Shown here in pieces: positions 9,923 to 19,861 of a stretch of 57,156 nt of DNA; within the stretch, counting starts at the first letter, position 1, and every line of letters begins with the position of its first letter. Source of the DNA: Promethearchaeota archaeon (GTDB lineage: Archaea; Asgardarchaeota; Lokiarchaeia; Sigyniarchaeales; SOKP01); contig JBHLOI010000018.1 in assembly GCA_048940645.1 (NCBI GenBank), positions 1 through 57,156 on the forward strand. Direction: 5' to 3'. Under the pieces are notes generated by a model, which was not told the DNA's origin, made no database searches, and saw nothing but the letters and a program-made list of their open reading frames with translations. The position numbers and the translations under genes were made by a program.

Positions 9923-10297
9923 TTGATTATCATGTCCTCAGCTAAAGGTTTTTTATGGAGCCTAGTATTCCTTTTAACCGCAGCTATTTATAGCTCAATT
10001 CCTACTTATTTAATTGTAACCTATTGGCAATGGTTAAATTCATTCACAATGGACGGGAGACCTGTATATACAATTCCTTTATTTACTTTATTCTTATGGA
10101 TTATTTCTTTAGTTGTTACTTTAATTTATCTTGTTGCTATGATAAGAGCGATAGTTCAGAGGAAAAATGAGGATTTAGGGATACCTAAGGGTGTAAAAGG
10201 TTTTGGACTTGTCTCTTCAATTATAGTATTTGTATTTATGGTTTTATGGTACATTCTATTTAATGAGATTGCCTTTTTCTCTATGATTCCTCCTTAA
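9923..10297 (+). CDS. small 3-TM membrane protein
   Basis: Three hydrophobic helices; probable ATG at 9932. Confidence 0.75.
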   Translation: MIIMSSAKGFLWSLVFLLTAAIYSSIPTYLIVTYWQWLNSFTMDGRPVYTIPLFTLFLWIISLVVTLIYLVAMIRAIVQRKNEDLGIPKGVKGFGLVSSIIVFVFMVLWYILFNEIAFFSMIPP

Positions 10298-10353
10298 TAC
10301 AATTGGTTTAGATTATTTTAAGGAAAAAATAAAAATTTAATTATTTACTTTAA

Positions 10354-11778
10354 TTATTCAGAAACTTGTTTTAATTTATCTTCATGGATTTTTACCAGTT
10401 TTTCTTTGATTTCTTCATACTTTTCTTTTGTAATGGGGAATTTTCTTAAGGTTAATATCCCTAAAGCAAGAGCAACAGCAGGAAAAACACAAATTAAAAT
10501 TCTAATTCCTAAAAGTGTTAGATTAGTGACTGTTGCTGGATCATAAGTTGCCCATCCCACAGTAGGAAAAACAATAGCTAGTGATAAAGCTACTGCAACT
10601 GTAGAAAAACGAATTATTAAAGCATTTACTCCATAATATGCACCTTCGCGTCTTATTCCTGTCTCAATTTCATCATAGTCGATAATAGCACTCATTACAA
10701 CATCTCGTCCAAACATGATACCAGCAAAACCAAATCCAATTAAAATATATGTTATTATGGCTCCTATAATTTCCCAAATGAATAATGTAGGGATTAAAGT
10801 AATTATTAAAGTTGCTAACGCTGTCATATGGGCCTTTTTTGCACCTTTTTTAGCAAAGAAATTTCGCCATATAATCATAAATATTATTGCGGAGATAAAA
10901 ATTATAGCTAATAATAATTGTTGCATTAAAGCATCCTCTTCACCTATAACATATCCTAGGAAATATGGATTGATTATGGGGAACAATCCAAAAACAAACC
11001 ACTGTGCAAAATTTGTCAAAACATACCATTTAAAAGCTTTATTTTTAAATGTAAGTTTTACAGATTTAAAGAATGATGGTGCTTTTTCAGGATCCTTAGA
11101 GTATTCTTTTCTTTCCTTTAATCCAAATATAATAAAAATAGAGGCAAAAATAGCTGCTATAGCTGCCATAATAAGTGAAGTTCCAATAAATTGTTTCTGA
11201 ATATTTGATCTTATTAGGGGATTGGTTGTATAAGGTATTAATTCTTCAATAAAAAAGCCAGGTAATAAAGCAGCGAATAATAATCCTATGATGTTAAAAA
11301 TTTGAACAAAATTATTAGCTTTTGTTCTCTCACCTAAATCCTGATACATTTCTGGAAATAAGCTTGTTTGATTTAAAGAATATGCTGTATAGAAAGTATC
11401 AAAAAGATTTATTATAATTATAAAATAAAGGAATTGAATCACTGTTGAACCTGTAATAGGTGCTGTCCATAAAAGAATTATAATTATACAGGTTGGAATA
11501 ATTCCTCCAATTACGTAGGGTCTTCTTCTTCCCCATTTTGATGTTGATCGATCTGATAAAGCACCTAAAAGCGGATCATTTAACGCATTCCAAACAGACC
11601 ACAATACGTAGCCTAATGAAACTAAAAGTATATCACCTATTATTACCGTATAATAGAAGTTAAATATATAAAATGTAAACATTTGATATGACATTGTGTC
11701 TGCTATTCCAGCAAAACTATAAAAGATGGTTGTTTTTGTAGATATTTTTTCCCTTGAGCTAAATTTTTCTTCACTCAT
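10354..11778 (-). CDS. MFS transporter, glycoside-pentoside-hexuronide (GPH) family
   Basis: WNALNDPLLGALSDRSTSKWGRRRPY and IIDYDEIETGIRREGAYYG; 12 TM. Confidence 0.93.
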   Translation of the reverse strand: MSEEKFSSREKISTKTTIFYSFAGIADTMSYQMFTFYIFNFYYTVIIGDILLVSLGYVLWSVWNALNDPLLGALSDRSTSKWGRRRPYVIGGIIPTCIIIILLWTAPITGSTVIQFLYFIIIINLFDTFYTAYSLNQTSLFPEMYQDLGERTKANNFVQIFNIIGLLFAALLPGFFIEELIPYTTNPLIRSNIQKQFIGTSLIMAAIAAIFASIFIIFGLKERKEYSKDPEKAPSFFKSVKLTFKNKAFKWYVLTNFAQWFVFGLFPIINPYFLGYVIGEEDALMQQLLLAIIFISAIIFMIIWRNFFAKKGAKKAHMTALATLIITLIPTLFIWEIIGAIITYILIGFGFAGIMFGRDVVMSAIIDYDEIETGIRREGAYYGVNALIIRFSTVAVALSLAIVFPTVGWATYDPATVTNLTLLGIRILICVFPAVALALGILTLRKFPITKEKYEEIKEKLVKIHEDKLKQVSE

Positions 11779-11900
11779 TTTTACTCTTTGTTTTTAATTT
11801 AATTTAGTTAATTTATTTTTGATATTGACATTTTTATATTTTTATTTATTTTGAGAAGTAGTAGAACATAAAACAATATAAAACTTTTTTTAAGTTTTTT

Positions 11901-13076
11901 TTAGAAAGAAAGGGGATATTTTCCAAATTCTTTTGTTGCTTTAACCATCCAGCGTAAATTTGGGACTTTAATAGCCGGATGCATATTTGCGGCACTCACA
12001 ATAAAGCCTCCTCCTGGACCAGCTGTTTTAATAGCATATTTAACTGCATCATACACTTCCTGTTTGGTTCCATAAGTTAATACATGAGCAACATCTATAT
12101 TACCCAATAAGCATAATTTATCCCCTACTTTCTTTTTAACTAATGCTAAATCAACATTAGCAGTAGGTTCAAGACTGTGTAAGCCATCAAATCCACAACC
12201 AATTATAAAATCTAATAGGGGAGTAATCTGCCCGTCTGTATGAAGAACTATTTTTCCTCCTCGCTCATGAACAGCATCAGTTATTGTCTTGTATGCTGGT
12301 AAAAGTAATTCATTAAACTTTTTTGGGTTCATCATAGGACCTGTATGATAGGCTAAGTCTCCTGATTCAACGAAGACTTCTGCACCTACCTCCATATAGC
12401 TTTTATAGCATTCTGCGGTAAATTCAGCTATGATTTCATGAACTTCTTTAATAAATTTTGGATTTTTATGAATCATTCTAGAGTAATATGGCATACCCAT
12501 GCCTTGAGAGGCGCTTTCAAATACGCCTGCTAAATCATTTGTTACAATCACAAATATTTTATCCTTGTGTTTTTTATTTATTCGGCGATAAAATTTTTTC
12601 ACCATTTTAGTATATTTTTCTGTCATTGGGCCTTGAATGTTTTCTTTAGTTTCTTTCCATTTGTCAAGTGAATTCATAGTGCCATATAAATAATAGGGAT
12701 TGAAATTACCTTCATTATTTTTTGCTTCCCATACACGTCCAAATATGTCTTTCATAAGATCTCTTTTATCATCAGGAACCTCCACAAATTCTAGGGGGAT
12801 TATACCAACTTGCATACAATCAAGTCCAACGTTGATCGCAGCTTCAACACACCGAGAAAAAACAGAAGTTTCTACACTTTCAAGTAAATTACTCATTTCT
12901 TCTCTCCAATTCTCTGGATTTTCGCGTTTTATTTGTTCTAATGTATCAAAATCTGATATTTGAGGTTTCCCAAGAATATTATCAACATTATTCGCATCAA
13001 TATAGATCGTATGAGATGGTACTCGATCTGGTTCTTCTAAATTTAAAGTAGCAAGAACTCTTTCTCTACATTCCAT
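11901..13076 (-). CDS. uroporphyrinogen decarboxylase / MtaA-like family protein
   Basis: RERVLATLNLEEPDRVP, LHTDG, LCLLGNID, GPGGGFIVS. Confidence 0.9.
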   Translation of the reverse strand: MECRERVLATLNLEEPDRVPSHTIYIDANNVDNILGKPQISDFDTLEQIKRENPENWREEMSNLLESVETSVFSRCVEAAINVGLDCMQVGIIPLEFVEVPDDKRDLMKDIFGRVWEAKNNEGNFNPYYLYGTMNSLDKWKETKENIQGPMTEKYTKMVKKFYRRINKKHKDKIFVIVTNDLAGVFESASQGMGMPYYSRMIHKNPKFIKEVHEIIAEFTAECYKSYMEVGAEVFVESGDLAYHTGPMMNPKKFNELLLPAYKTITDAVHERGGKIVLHTDGQITPLLDFIIGCGFDGLHSLEPTANVDLALVKKKVGDKLCLLGNIDVAHVLTYGTKQEVYDAVKYAIKTAGPGGGFIVSAANMHPAIKVPNLRWMVKATKEFGKYPLSF

Positions 13077-13120
13077 AAAATCATTACATATTTGTAAAAT
13101 TTATTTATTAAATAAACCAA

Positions 13121-13573
13121 TTAAGCCTTTTTAGTTATCATTTCTTTAATAACTTTTTTCTTGTCTTCAAATTTAAGTTCAAGTATTATTTTGCCCCATC
13201 CTCCACATTTTAATCCTATATCAAAACAACCAACTCTTTTAATTCTCATTTCATTAGGATCGATACCAGCATAAAATAATTCTTGAGCTGCAAAGATTAA
13301 CCTTTCCATCTCGCTCAATGCATAAATACAAATTCGCTTAGGATTTAATTTAGTAAGAAGATTTCCTGGGCCATCAAAATAAAATTTATCACCAATTTTA
13401 TGTAAACTGCTACATCCATGTGATTCTACAACTTTAATTATAATAGTCTTTTGCAATAAAGCTGGTACTTTCAAAAGAGCTTCTTTATTTCTAGGATTTT
13501 CCAACCACAGCTCCATCTCCTTATCTGTATACCCTAAACTGTTTTTTATAAAGTCTAGAACTTCTTTAGACAT
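13121..13573 (-). CDS. Cys-rich hypothetical protein, TIGR04076-like
   Basis: KVVESHGC...HKIGDKFYF...ICIYAL...GCFD pattern. Confidence 0.65.
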   Translation of the reverse strand: MSKEVLDFIKNSLGYTDKEMELWLENPRNKEALLKVPALLQKTIIIKVVESHGCSSLHKIGDKFYFDGPGNLLTKLNPKRICIYALSEMERLIFAAQELFYAGIDPNEMRIKRVGCFDIGLKCGGWGKIILELKFEDKKKVIKEMITKKA

Positions 13574-13708
13574 GATTTTTTTTCCCTCTATGTGTTATTA
13601 TATTTTTTTTATAGTATTTTTCTAATTTATTATTAGTATTAAGTTCAATTTATTCAATAATAAGGATATACTTCTTCATCAAAAGAATTAAAAAGGTAAA
13701 GAAATTTT

Positions 13709-14929
13709 TCATATCAGTAATCTTATAGATTTAAAAAATATAAAAGGATTTTTAATTACATACTGAAATAAAAACTTTAATACCACTGGGTTTTTAATCA
13801 TCTCAATTAACATTTTTGTTGGAAAGTCCATATCACCATATATAGATATCAAATTTTCTATATGATGTGTTTTAACTACTTTAAAAAAAGTTTCAAAATC
13901 TTTATTAGAAAACCGCTCTAAAATAAGCCGAATTAAGTAATGCGTCTTTAATTCTTTACCTATTGAGAATTGGCAAGGCGTTTCATAATTCTTTTTAATA
14001 AAACTTTTTGAGAAATCATTTTCTTTAAAACACATTTTTATACAATTTGAAGCTAATTTTGCTGCTGTTAACAGCATAATAATTCCTCCACCAGTAGTGG
14101 CTTTTACTTGGCCTGCTGCATCTCCAAGTAATAGAATATTATTAAAAGCTAATTTATTCATTAAACCGAAAGGAATGATACCTCCTTGTTGGTCGATTTT
14201 TTGTTCAATTTTAACCCCTATTTTTTTTAAGAAGTAAACTAATTTTCTTTTAATAGGTGGTGATGTCGCTAGGCCTACTCGATAAACTTTATTTCCTTCA
14301 GGTACAATCCAACCAAAAAGCTCTTTCCATTTTTTGTTAAAATATAAAGCCGCTTCATTTTCATCAAAATTTCCTTTAACACGGACTTGCATGGCATAAA
14401 GGATTTCATTTTGTATATTTAGGTGTTTTCCAACCAAAGACAACGGTCCATCACACCCGATTAACATTTTTGCTTTAATAACTCTCTTAGAAGTTTCAAT
14501 TATTACATGTTTTTTGCTACTTTTATTAATATATTTGAAAGTTTTGAATTTTTCTCCTAGAAAATAGACAATATTAGGATGGTCCTTAATCTTATCATAA
14601 AAGTAGTTATCTAAACCCACTCGATCAATGATGAAAGGATGCTCATCTCCAGAAAGTTTAATATACCTTCCTGAGGGCGCAATAATCTTAGCTACTTTAA
14701 CTCGATTTAAAATTATTTCTTTGGGAATTTGTGTTATTTTTGTTAGTTTTTGGGAGACAATTCCTGCACATTGAAATGGTAAACCAATTTGTTGATGCTC
14801 CTCGATAACTGATATTTTTAAGTTTGTATTAGTTAATAAATAACATAAATAATTTCCCGCGATACTTCCACCAATGATGCAAATATCAAAATATTCGAAA
14901 TCACTGCCCATTAAGAGATTGTATAACAT
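13709..14929 (-). CDS. geranylgeranyl reductase-family flavoprotein
   Basis: IIGGSIAG, PFQCAG, IGCDG, FGWIVP, LLGDAAGQVKATTGGGI. Confidence 0.92.
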   Translation of the reverse strand: MLYNLLMGSDFEYFDICIIGGSIAGNYLCYLLTNTNLKISVIEEHQQIGLPFQCAGIVSQKLTKITQIPKEIILNRVKVAKIIAPSGRYIKLSGDEHPFIIDRVGLDNYFYDKIKDHPNIVYFLGEKFKTFKYINKSSKKHVIIETSKRVIKAKMLIGCDGPLSLVGKHLNIQNEILYAMQVRVKGNFDENEAALYFNKKWKELFGWIVPEGNKVYRVGLATSPPIKRKLVYFLKKIGVKIEQKIDQQGGIIPFGLMNKLAFNNILLLGDAAGQVKATTGGGIIMLLTAAKLASNCIKMCFKENDFSKSFIKKNYETPCQFSIGKELKTHYLIRLILERFSNKDFETFFKVVKTHHIENLISIYGDMDFPTKMLIEMIKNPVVLKFLFQYVIKNPFIFFKSIRLLI

Positions 14930-14981
14930 TAAAAATAATAAATTTTCGGGATGAAAGAGAAAAATTATTTAAAATGAGAAA

Positions 14982-16013
14982 CTAAGAATAAAGTTTAAAG
15001 AATCTCTTTTCCTCTTCGGGAATAGAACGAAAACCTAATGATATCATCATGCCATACACGATTGCTAATGCAACTCCATTAAAAATAGAAGTATCCTCAA
15101 AAGGTAAATCTGTTCTAGGAGTTAGTAATGGCATAACCTTCTTTAAAATATATTTTGTTTCTGATTTCTCGTTATAAAATTTGATTATGCTTTCTTTAAA
15201 AAATGTCATAAATACTTCATGTTCCAATATCATTTTTTTTACATTCTCTTTACCATTAATCACTCCAAAATGTCCAAAACCAGCCTTTAATGGAACAATA
15301 TTCTTAAGATTATTCAATGTTTGCATATATTCTGCGTGATTATAGAATATAGGCATCGAGACTGGCATAGTTAATAATTTTGATGTGTTATAAATTGTTC
15401 CTGATGCTTCTCCTAAATAAATGAAATCAATTTCGCCATCTTTAATAAAGAGAGGTGTTTGATGATCAGGAACATGTCCTGGTGTTTTTAATATACATAA
15501 TCTGATTTCTTCTCCATTCTTCAAGAATCTATTAGTCACTTCAAGCTTATTAGGATCAGAATAAAATTTAGCACTAGGTTCTATAATTTCAAAGGCATAA
15601 TCATCAATAGGGCTCATAATACCAACTAGATCACTATAAGTCCGCCTTGCTCTATTTAAATGAGGTTTATAGTCATTAAGTAATTCTTTAGTCTTCTGAT
15701 TTGTTAAAATTTTAATATCTGGGTTATGATTTTTCAATATATCATATAGAAGATGCATTCCTCCCGCATGATCAAAATGATGATGAGATGGAACAAGATA
15801 CTTAAACGAGTCTAAGCGAATCTGGTTTTTTTTAAAATATCTTATTAACTTTTTTACATCTAGAGATGAACCACAATCAAACAGGATTGAACAATCATCA
15901 AATTCAGCTAGGTATACCGAAAGTCTACGTGATTGCCCATAGGCTTTTGCGTCTATATGATGAATATAGTCATTGATTTTACCTGAATCCACAGTAATTA
16001 GTTCTTGTACCAT
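14982..16013 (-). CDS. metallo-beta-lactamase-fold hydrolase
   Basis: SHHHFDHAGG, TPGHVPDH, FGHFG. Confidence 0.92.
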   Translation of the reverse strand: MVQELITVDSGKINDYIHHIDAKAYGQSRRLSVYLAEFDDCSILFDCGSSLDVKKLIRYFKKNQIRLDSFKYLVPSHHHFDHAGGMHLLYDILKNHNPDIKILTNQKTKELLNDYKPHLNRARRTYSDLVGIMSPIDDYAFEIIEPSAKFYSDPNKLEVTNRFLKNGEEIRLCILKTPGHVPDHQTPLFIKDGEIDFIYLGEASGTIYNTSKLLTMPVSMPIFYNHAEYMQTLNNLKNIVPLKAGFGHFGVINGKENVKKMILEHEVFMTFFKESIIKFYNEKSETKYILKKVMPLLTPRTDLPFEDTSIFNGVALAIVYGMMISLGFRSIPEEEKRFFKLYS

Positions 16014-16111
16014 AAAAAAGGAAATTATATATTTAATATGAACTATTCTGTTTTAGATTAAAAGTCCTAAAATAAAATTTAAAGATTTGAATATTGATAA
16101 AAAATAAATAT

Positions 16112-18286
16112 TTAGAGATTTAATTTTTGTTTCCAGAATTGCATTTTCATTTTTAAATCTTCTTTCTCAGGTTGACTAAGTACGTAGGTTTTAGCTTTTA
16201 GGTCATTGCTAGTATTATTTATATTTTTTAGAACACTATTATAGCCCTCTTTATTGATGTATTCAGTTTGAAATTTCTCTAAAGCTTTAGAGATTTCAAG
16301 ACCCGTCATCTTATCAAGACCATCAGAAACTAAATCAAATTGTTTTGAAAGTAGAGATTTTGCTTCAACACTTGGAGCAGGGACTTCTTTTAAGGGTTCT
16401 TCAGGCACTCTCGGTTTTTGGGCAATAGGCTTTATTTCTTCAACTGGTTTTGGCTCTAAGATTTGACGTTTCACATCATGGATTATTTCTTTTCTGGAGC
16501 CAAGCCAGGCTTCCTCGAGTATCGGGACAAATATTTTAATGTGTTCCTCAATAATACTGCCTATTCCAGCAATTTCAGTTACAATATCTCCTCTAATCTC
16601 GGTTTTCGAAAGTACACATACAACCACTTCCTCATAATCTTTATTAATACCCCAAAGATTTTGCAAGGCTCTATGTCTATAGTCTACATTATCCATACTA
16701 TCAAACTGCTCAATAATTGACTGATGTGTTGGATTTGTTGGATTAATACTGGTAGCTATTCTGAAGTTAATATGAGAAGGACGACTTTTAATTGCTTCTA
16801 TATCAATATCTGTTAACTGAGGAGCAACAATTAATATTCGCATTTTGGCTTTAGAAATTTCATCATTGATATGAGCTTTAGCACTTTCAGGAGACCTAAT
16901 GAACCAAATATCTTTCATGGTAAAACCAGTCCCTTTCTTCGCTTGGTTCCAGAATTCACTGGTCACTCTTTCAGATACTTCCAATTTCTGTAATATATCA
17001 TCCAAAGTACTATTTAAAGTTGAAACGATTTGATTTGAAAATACATCCCTCATGTCACCAAAGGATTCAATAACCCCTCCAGATATTCCTTCAATCTTTT
17101 CTTCAGCAGCTTTTACTGCTTTATTAAAGTTTTCTGCAATATCAGTATAAATTTTCTCCTTATCTTCCTCCACTTTTGAAGCAAGTCCATCAACACTTTT
17201 GATGGTGCTTTGTAAAGAATCCTTTAACTTAGCAATAACCTCTGGATCTATCCCTGTAGTCGCTTTTTTTAACTCATCTGAAAAAGCCATTTGACTAACA
17301 CTGAGTTGGACATTAACAGCATCAGTTATTTCTTTTAATCTAGCATCTATTATTTTTTCAAGAACTTGATCAACAGTTTGTTGAATAACTCCTAATCGAA
17401 GTTTTTGTAAATTTGAAGATACTGTTGATTTTATGTTATCAAATTCATTCTTTAATTCTGAGATTTGCCCTTTAATAATCTGGTTTGTTTTTTGATTAAT
17501 ATCCTCGAACTTTTTTGATACATCACCTAATTGATCTCCCACAACACTTGTAGTTGTTCCTTCCAATTTTGAAATATCTTCAGTTATACCACGTATTTGA
17601 TCCATAACTGCCATAGTCTCATCAAATTCTTTTTTCTGAGAACGTATTTGAGATAGCATTGTATCTTTAAGTTCCTTCATTAATTTTGTAGAATCTGGTG
17701 GAACTACTTTAGATGGTGTAGTTTCAATAGTGGTAAACGATTTATTTAATTGGGCGGGAATACTTGCTTTTATATCTGAGATATATTTATGAAATTTTTG
17801 TAATTGACTAATTAATGCTGCATATGGAGGTAAAGCGGTGTAATGAGGTTTTGCTCCTACGATTTCCTTGAATAATCCTTTTTCTACAAATTTTTTCGCA
17901 ATTCCTTGGCAATAATCTTTAGGTTTATTAATTAAAAGAGCCATTTCACCAATAGAAACTGCTTCTCTTCCTGTAGTCCGGAAGTATAATTCAATTTCCT
18001 CGTTATTTAAGCCCAGTTCACCTAAAACCTGTCTAGTTAATTCTTCCGAATAGGTTACCTCTTCTATTTTTAGAACATCCTTAACTTCAAAATTTTCTAC
18101 TTCTAGGTATTGATTTAGATAAATAATTAATTTATGAGGAGGGTCTCCATGTAAATTTTCTTTTTTAATAGGAAATTTAACTACAGCCTTATATTCTTCG
18201 GCTGTGATTTTGAATTTTATTTCTTTTAGACATACCTTACAAGAATAGGGGATTTCAAGCACTTCTTTATCTTTGAATAAATACAT
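16112..18286 (-). CDS. multidomain protein: CxxC/His domain, TrmB-like wHTH, long helical region and PLD-like effector domain
   Basis: CKVC...HGDPPH; LGLNNEEIELY...KFVEKGL...YTALPP (TrmB-like); heptad-rich middle; ISKAKMRILIVAP. Confidence 0.6.
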   Translation of the reverse strand: MYLFKDKEVLEIPYSCKVCLKEIKFKITAEEYKAVVKFPIKKENLHGDPPHKLIIYLNQYLEVENFEVKDVLKIEEVTYSEELTRQVLGELGLNNEEIELYFRTTGREAVSIGEMALLINKPKDYCQGIAKKFVEKGLFKEIVGAKPHYTALPPYAALISQLQKFHKYISDIKASIPAQLNKSFTTIETTPSKVVPPDSTKLMKELKDTMLSQIRSQKKEFDETMAVMDQIRGITEDISKLEGTTTSVVGDQLGDVSKKFEDINQKTNQIIKGQISELKNEFDNIKSTVSSNLQKLRLGVIQQTVDQVLEKIIDARLKEITDAVNVQLSVSQMAFSDELKKATTGIDPEVIAKLKDSLQSTIKSVDGLASKVEEDKEKIYTDIAENFNKAVKAAEEKIEGISGGVIESFGDMRDVFSNQIVSTLNSTLDDILQKLEVSERVTSEFWNQAKKGTGFTMKDIWFIRSPESAKAHINDEISKAKMRILIVAPQLTDIDIEAIKSRPSHINFRIATSINPTNPTHQSIIEQFDSMDNVDYRHRALQNLWGINKDYEEVVVCVLSKTEIRGDIVTEIAGIGSIIEEHIKIFVPILEEAWLGSRKEIIHDVKRQILEPKPVEEIKPIAQKPRVPEEPLKEVPAPSVEAKSLLSKQFDLVSDGLDKMTGLEISKALEKFQTEYINKEGYNSVLKNINNTSNDLKAKTYVLSQPEKEDLKMKMQFWKQKLNL

Positions 18287-18311
18287 TTTTTACATCATCT
18301 CTTTACTTTAA

Positions 18312-19568
18312 TTAAAATGTAACTTTCTCTGGATAAGATACTTCTAATAAATCCAAAGCCTTTTTTGCAACTTCATAGGTTATTTTTCCATCTGAATCCT
18401 CTTGTCTATATGCAGCTCTAATTTTAGGAAGTAAATATTCGGGGAATATTGTCAAAGGTTTAATATCAGTTAATAATAAAATCCAACTCCTCTTATTCTC
18501 ATCTTTAATCTCAGTAATTACGTTAAGCTTTTTCAAATTATCTAGCAGGATCTCAGTAACAGCAAACTCACTGAAAATTTTAGGGATTTTATCCAATGGA
18601 TAATGATTTGAACGCATCAATACAAAAAAATCATAAACATCTGGATTCAATAAAATTGAAGCTAATTTTTTTGTTTCTTCAATATCTTCTATATAAGGAT
18701 CATAGTGAGAAAAATAATCGGTTGCCTTTTGTTTAAAGGGTTCTATTAAATCATTATTTGTATCTTTAAAATGCTTTAATAAACTTTCGTTTGGTACACG
18801 CGAAAACATTATGTCTTTTATTAAAAAGAGATATTCTCCTTGATTCTTTATCACTCCAGTTTTTTTATCTTTCTCACCCTTAATCCAATCTCGTCTTACT
18901 AAGTTTAATTCAACAAAGGGGCGAAGAAGAATATCAATATTTGCTGTGGGTTTCATTTTTTCTACAATTTTTTTCATTTCATCCTTGGAAATTGGTCTTT
19001 CTCTTAAATTTTCTAACATTTTTAATCTAACATCGCTATTATATATCAATGCAACTTTTTGAAGTCTATCTAATTGACTCAATCGTTCAATTTGAAAAAT
19101 AGTGTATTTTAATTCATTCATCAAACGAATATTTACATTGGAAATCAGATCTAACTGTTTAGTATTTGTTGCTTTTGCTAATTTTTCAAAAATCGTATCT
19201 AATCTTTTTGCCATATCTTTAAGTATATCCTCAAAAAGCTCAATCTCATCATCTAATTCGAAAATAGATATAGTAAGATATTGAGTACCATCAGGTAGTT
19301 GCTTGAAATAAGATACCACTTGATAAGGTGTCTCTTTCAATTTACCTTCATAAAAATTACTGAAACCATACTTTGTTCCGAAAAGTCCAGTTGTGTGTTG
19401 ATAAAATGTAGCGAAGATATCATTTTCAATAATTAATTCAAAATAATTATTTTCATTAAACTGATTATTTTGAAAAACTAATTGCATCGGGCTAAATTCT
19501 GGATTAATTTCACCAGTCATTTCATTTTGGTTTAATAAAAAATTAAAAGTCAATATTCCTTGAATCAT
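18312..19568 (-). CDS. hypothetical protein, possibly longin-like N-terminus plus winged helices
   Basis: 418-aa ORF co-oriented with the downstream gene; MIQGILTFNF...G start and LLRPFVELNLVRRDW wHTH-like segment; fold call is weak. Confidence 0.55.
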   Translation of the reverse strand: MIQGILTFNFLLNQNEMTGEINPEFSPMQLVFQNNQFNENNYFELIIENDIFATFYQHTTGLFGTKYGFSNFYEGKLKETPYQVVSYFKQLPDGTQYLTISIFELDDEIELFEDILKDMAKRLDTIFEKLAKATNTKQLDLISNVNIRLMNELKYTIFQIERLSQLDRLQKVALIYNSDVRLKMLENLRERPISKDEMKKIVEKMKPTANIDILLRPFVELNLVRRDWIKGEKDKKTGVIKNQGEYLFLIKDIMFSRVPNESLLKHFKDTNNDLIEPFKQKATDYFSHYDPYIEDIEETKKLASILLNPDVYDFFVLMRSNHYPLDKIPKIFSEFAVTEILLDNLKKLNVITEIKDENKRSWILLLTDIKPLTIFPEYLLPKIRAAYRQEDSDGKITYEVAKKALDLLEVSYPEKVTF

Positions 19569-19861
19569 ATCGATGTCGCACTCTTAGATTTTTTATTTTT
19601 TTAAATTTTGTTTTCTTATAATTATTTCTTAAGTAATGTATTAAATTAAATTTAACCTAGTAGAATATTTAAAATTCATTATTTTGTCAAGGAATAACAC
19701 GAGGATTATAAATAATTTATAATTGGAAGTGGATATGTTATATTCTATAAATAAGAAAAATATTTTGACAATTAAATTAAATATTAAATTTACTTTATTA
19801 GCTTATTTAAAAATATTTAAACTATATGATGTTTTATAATTAAAATATTGAATTTTTAAAG

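Noticed and set aside
19569-19861. Long AT-rich intergenic regions (also 31147-31349 and 32547-32880) as CRISPR arrays, ncRNAs or origins
   Set aside because: No regularly spaced repeats, GC-rich stems or cloverleaf seen; consistent with promoter/terminator DNA. Individual TATA boxes cannot be called reliably at this AT content
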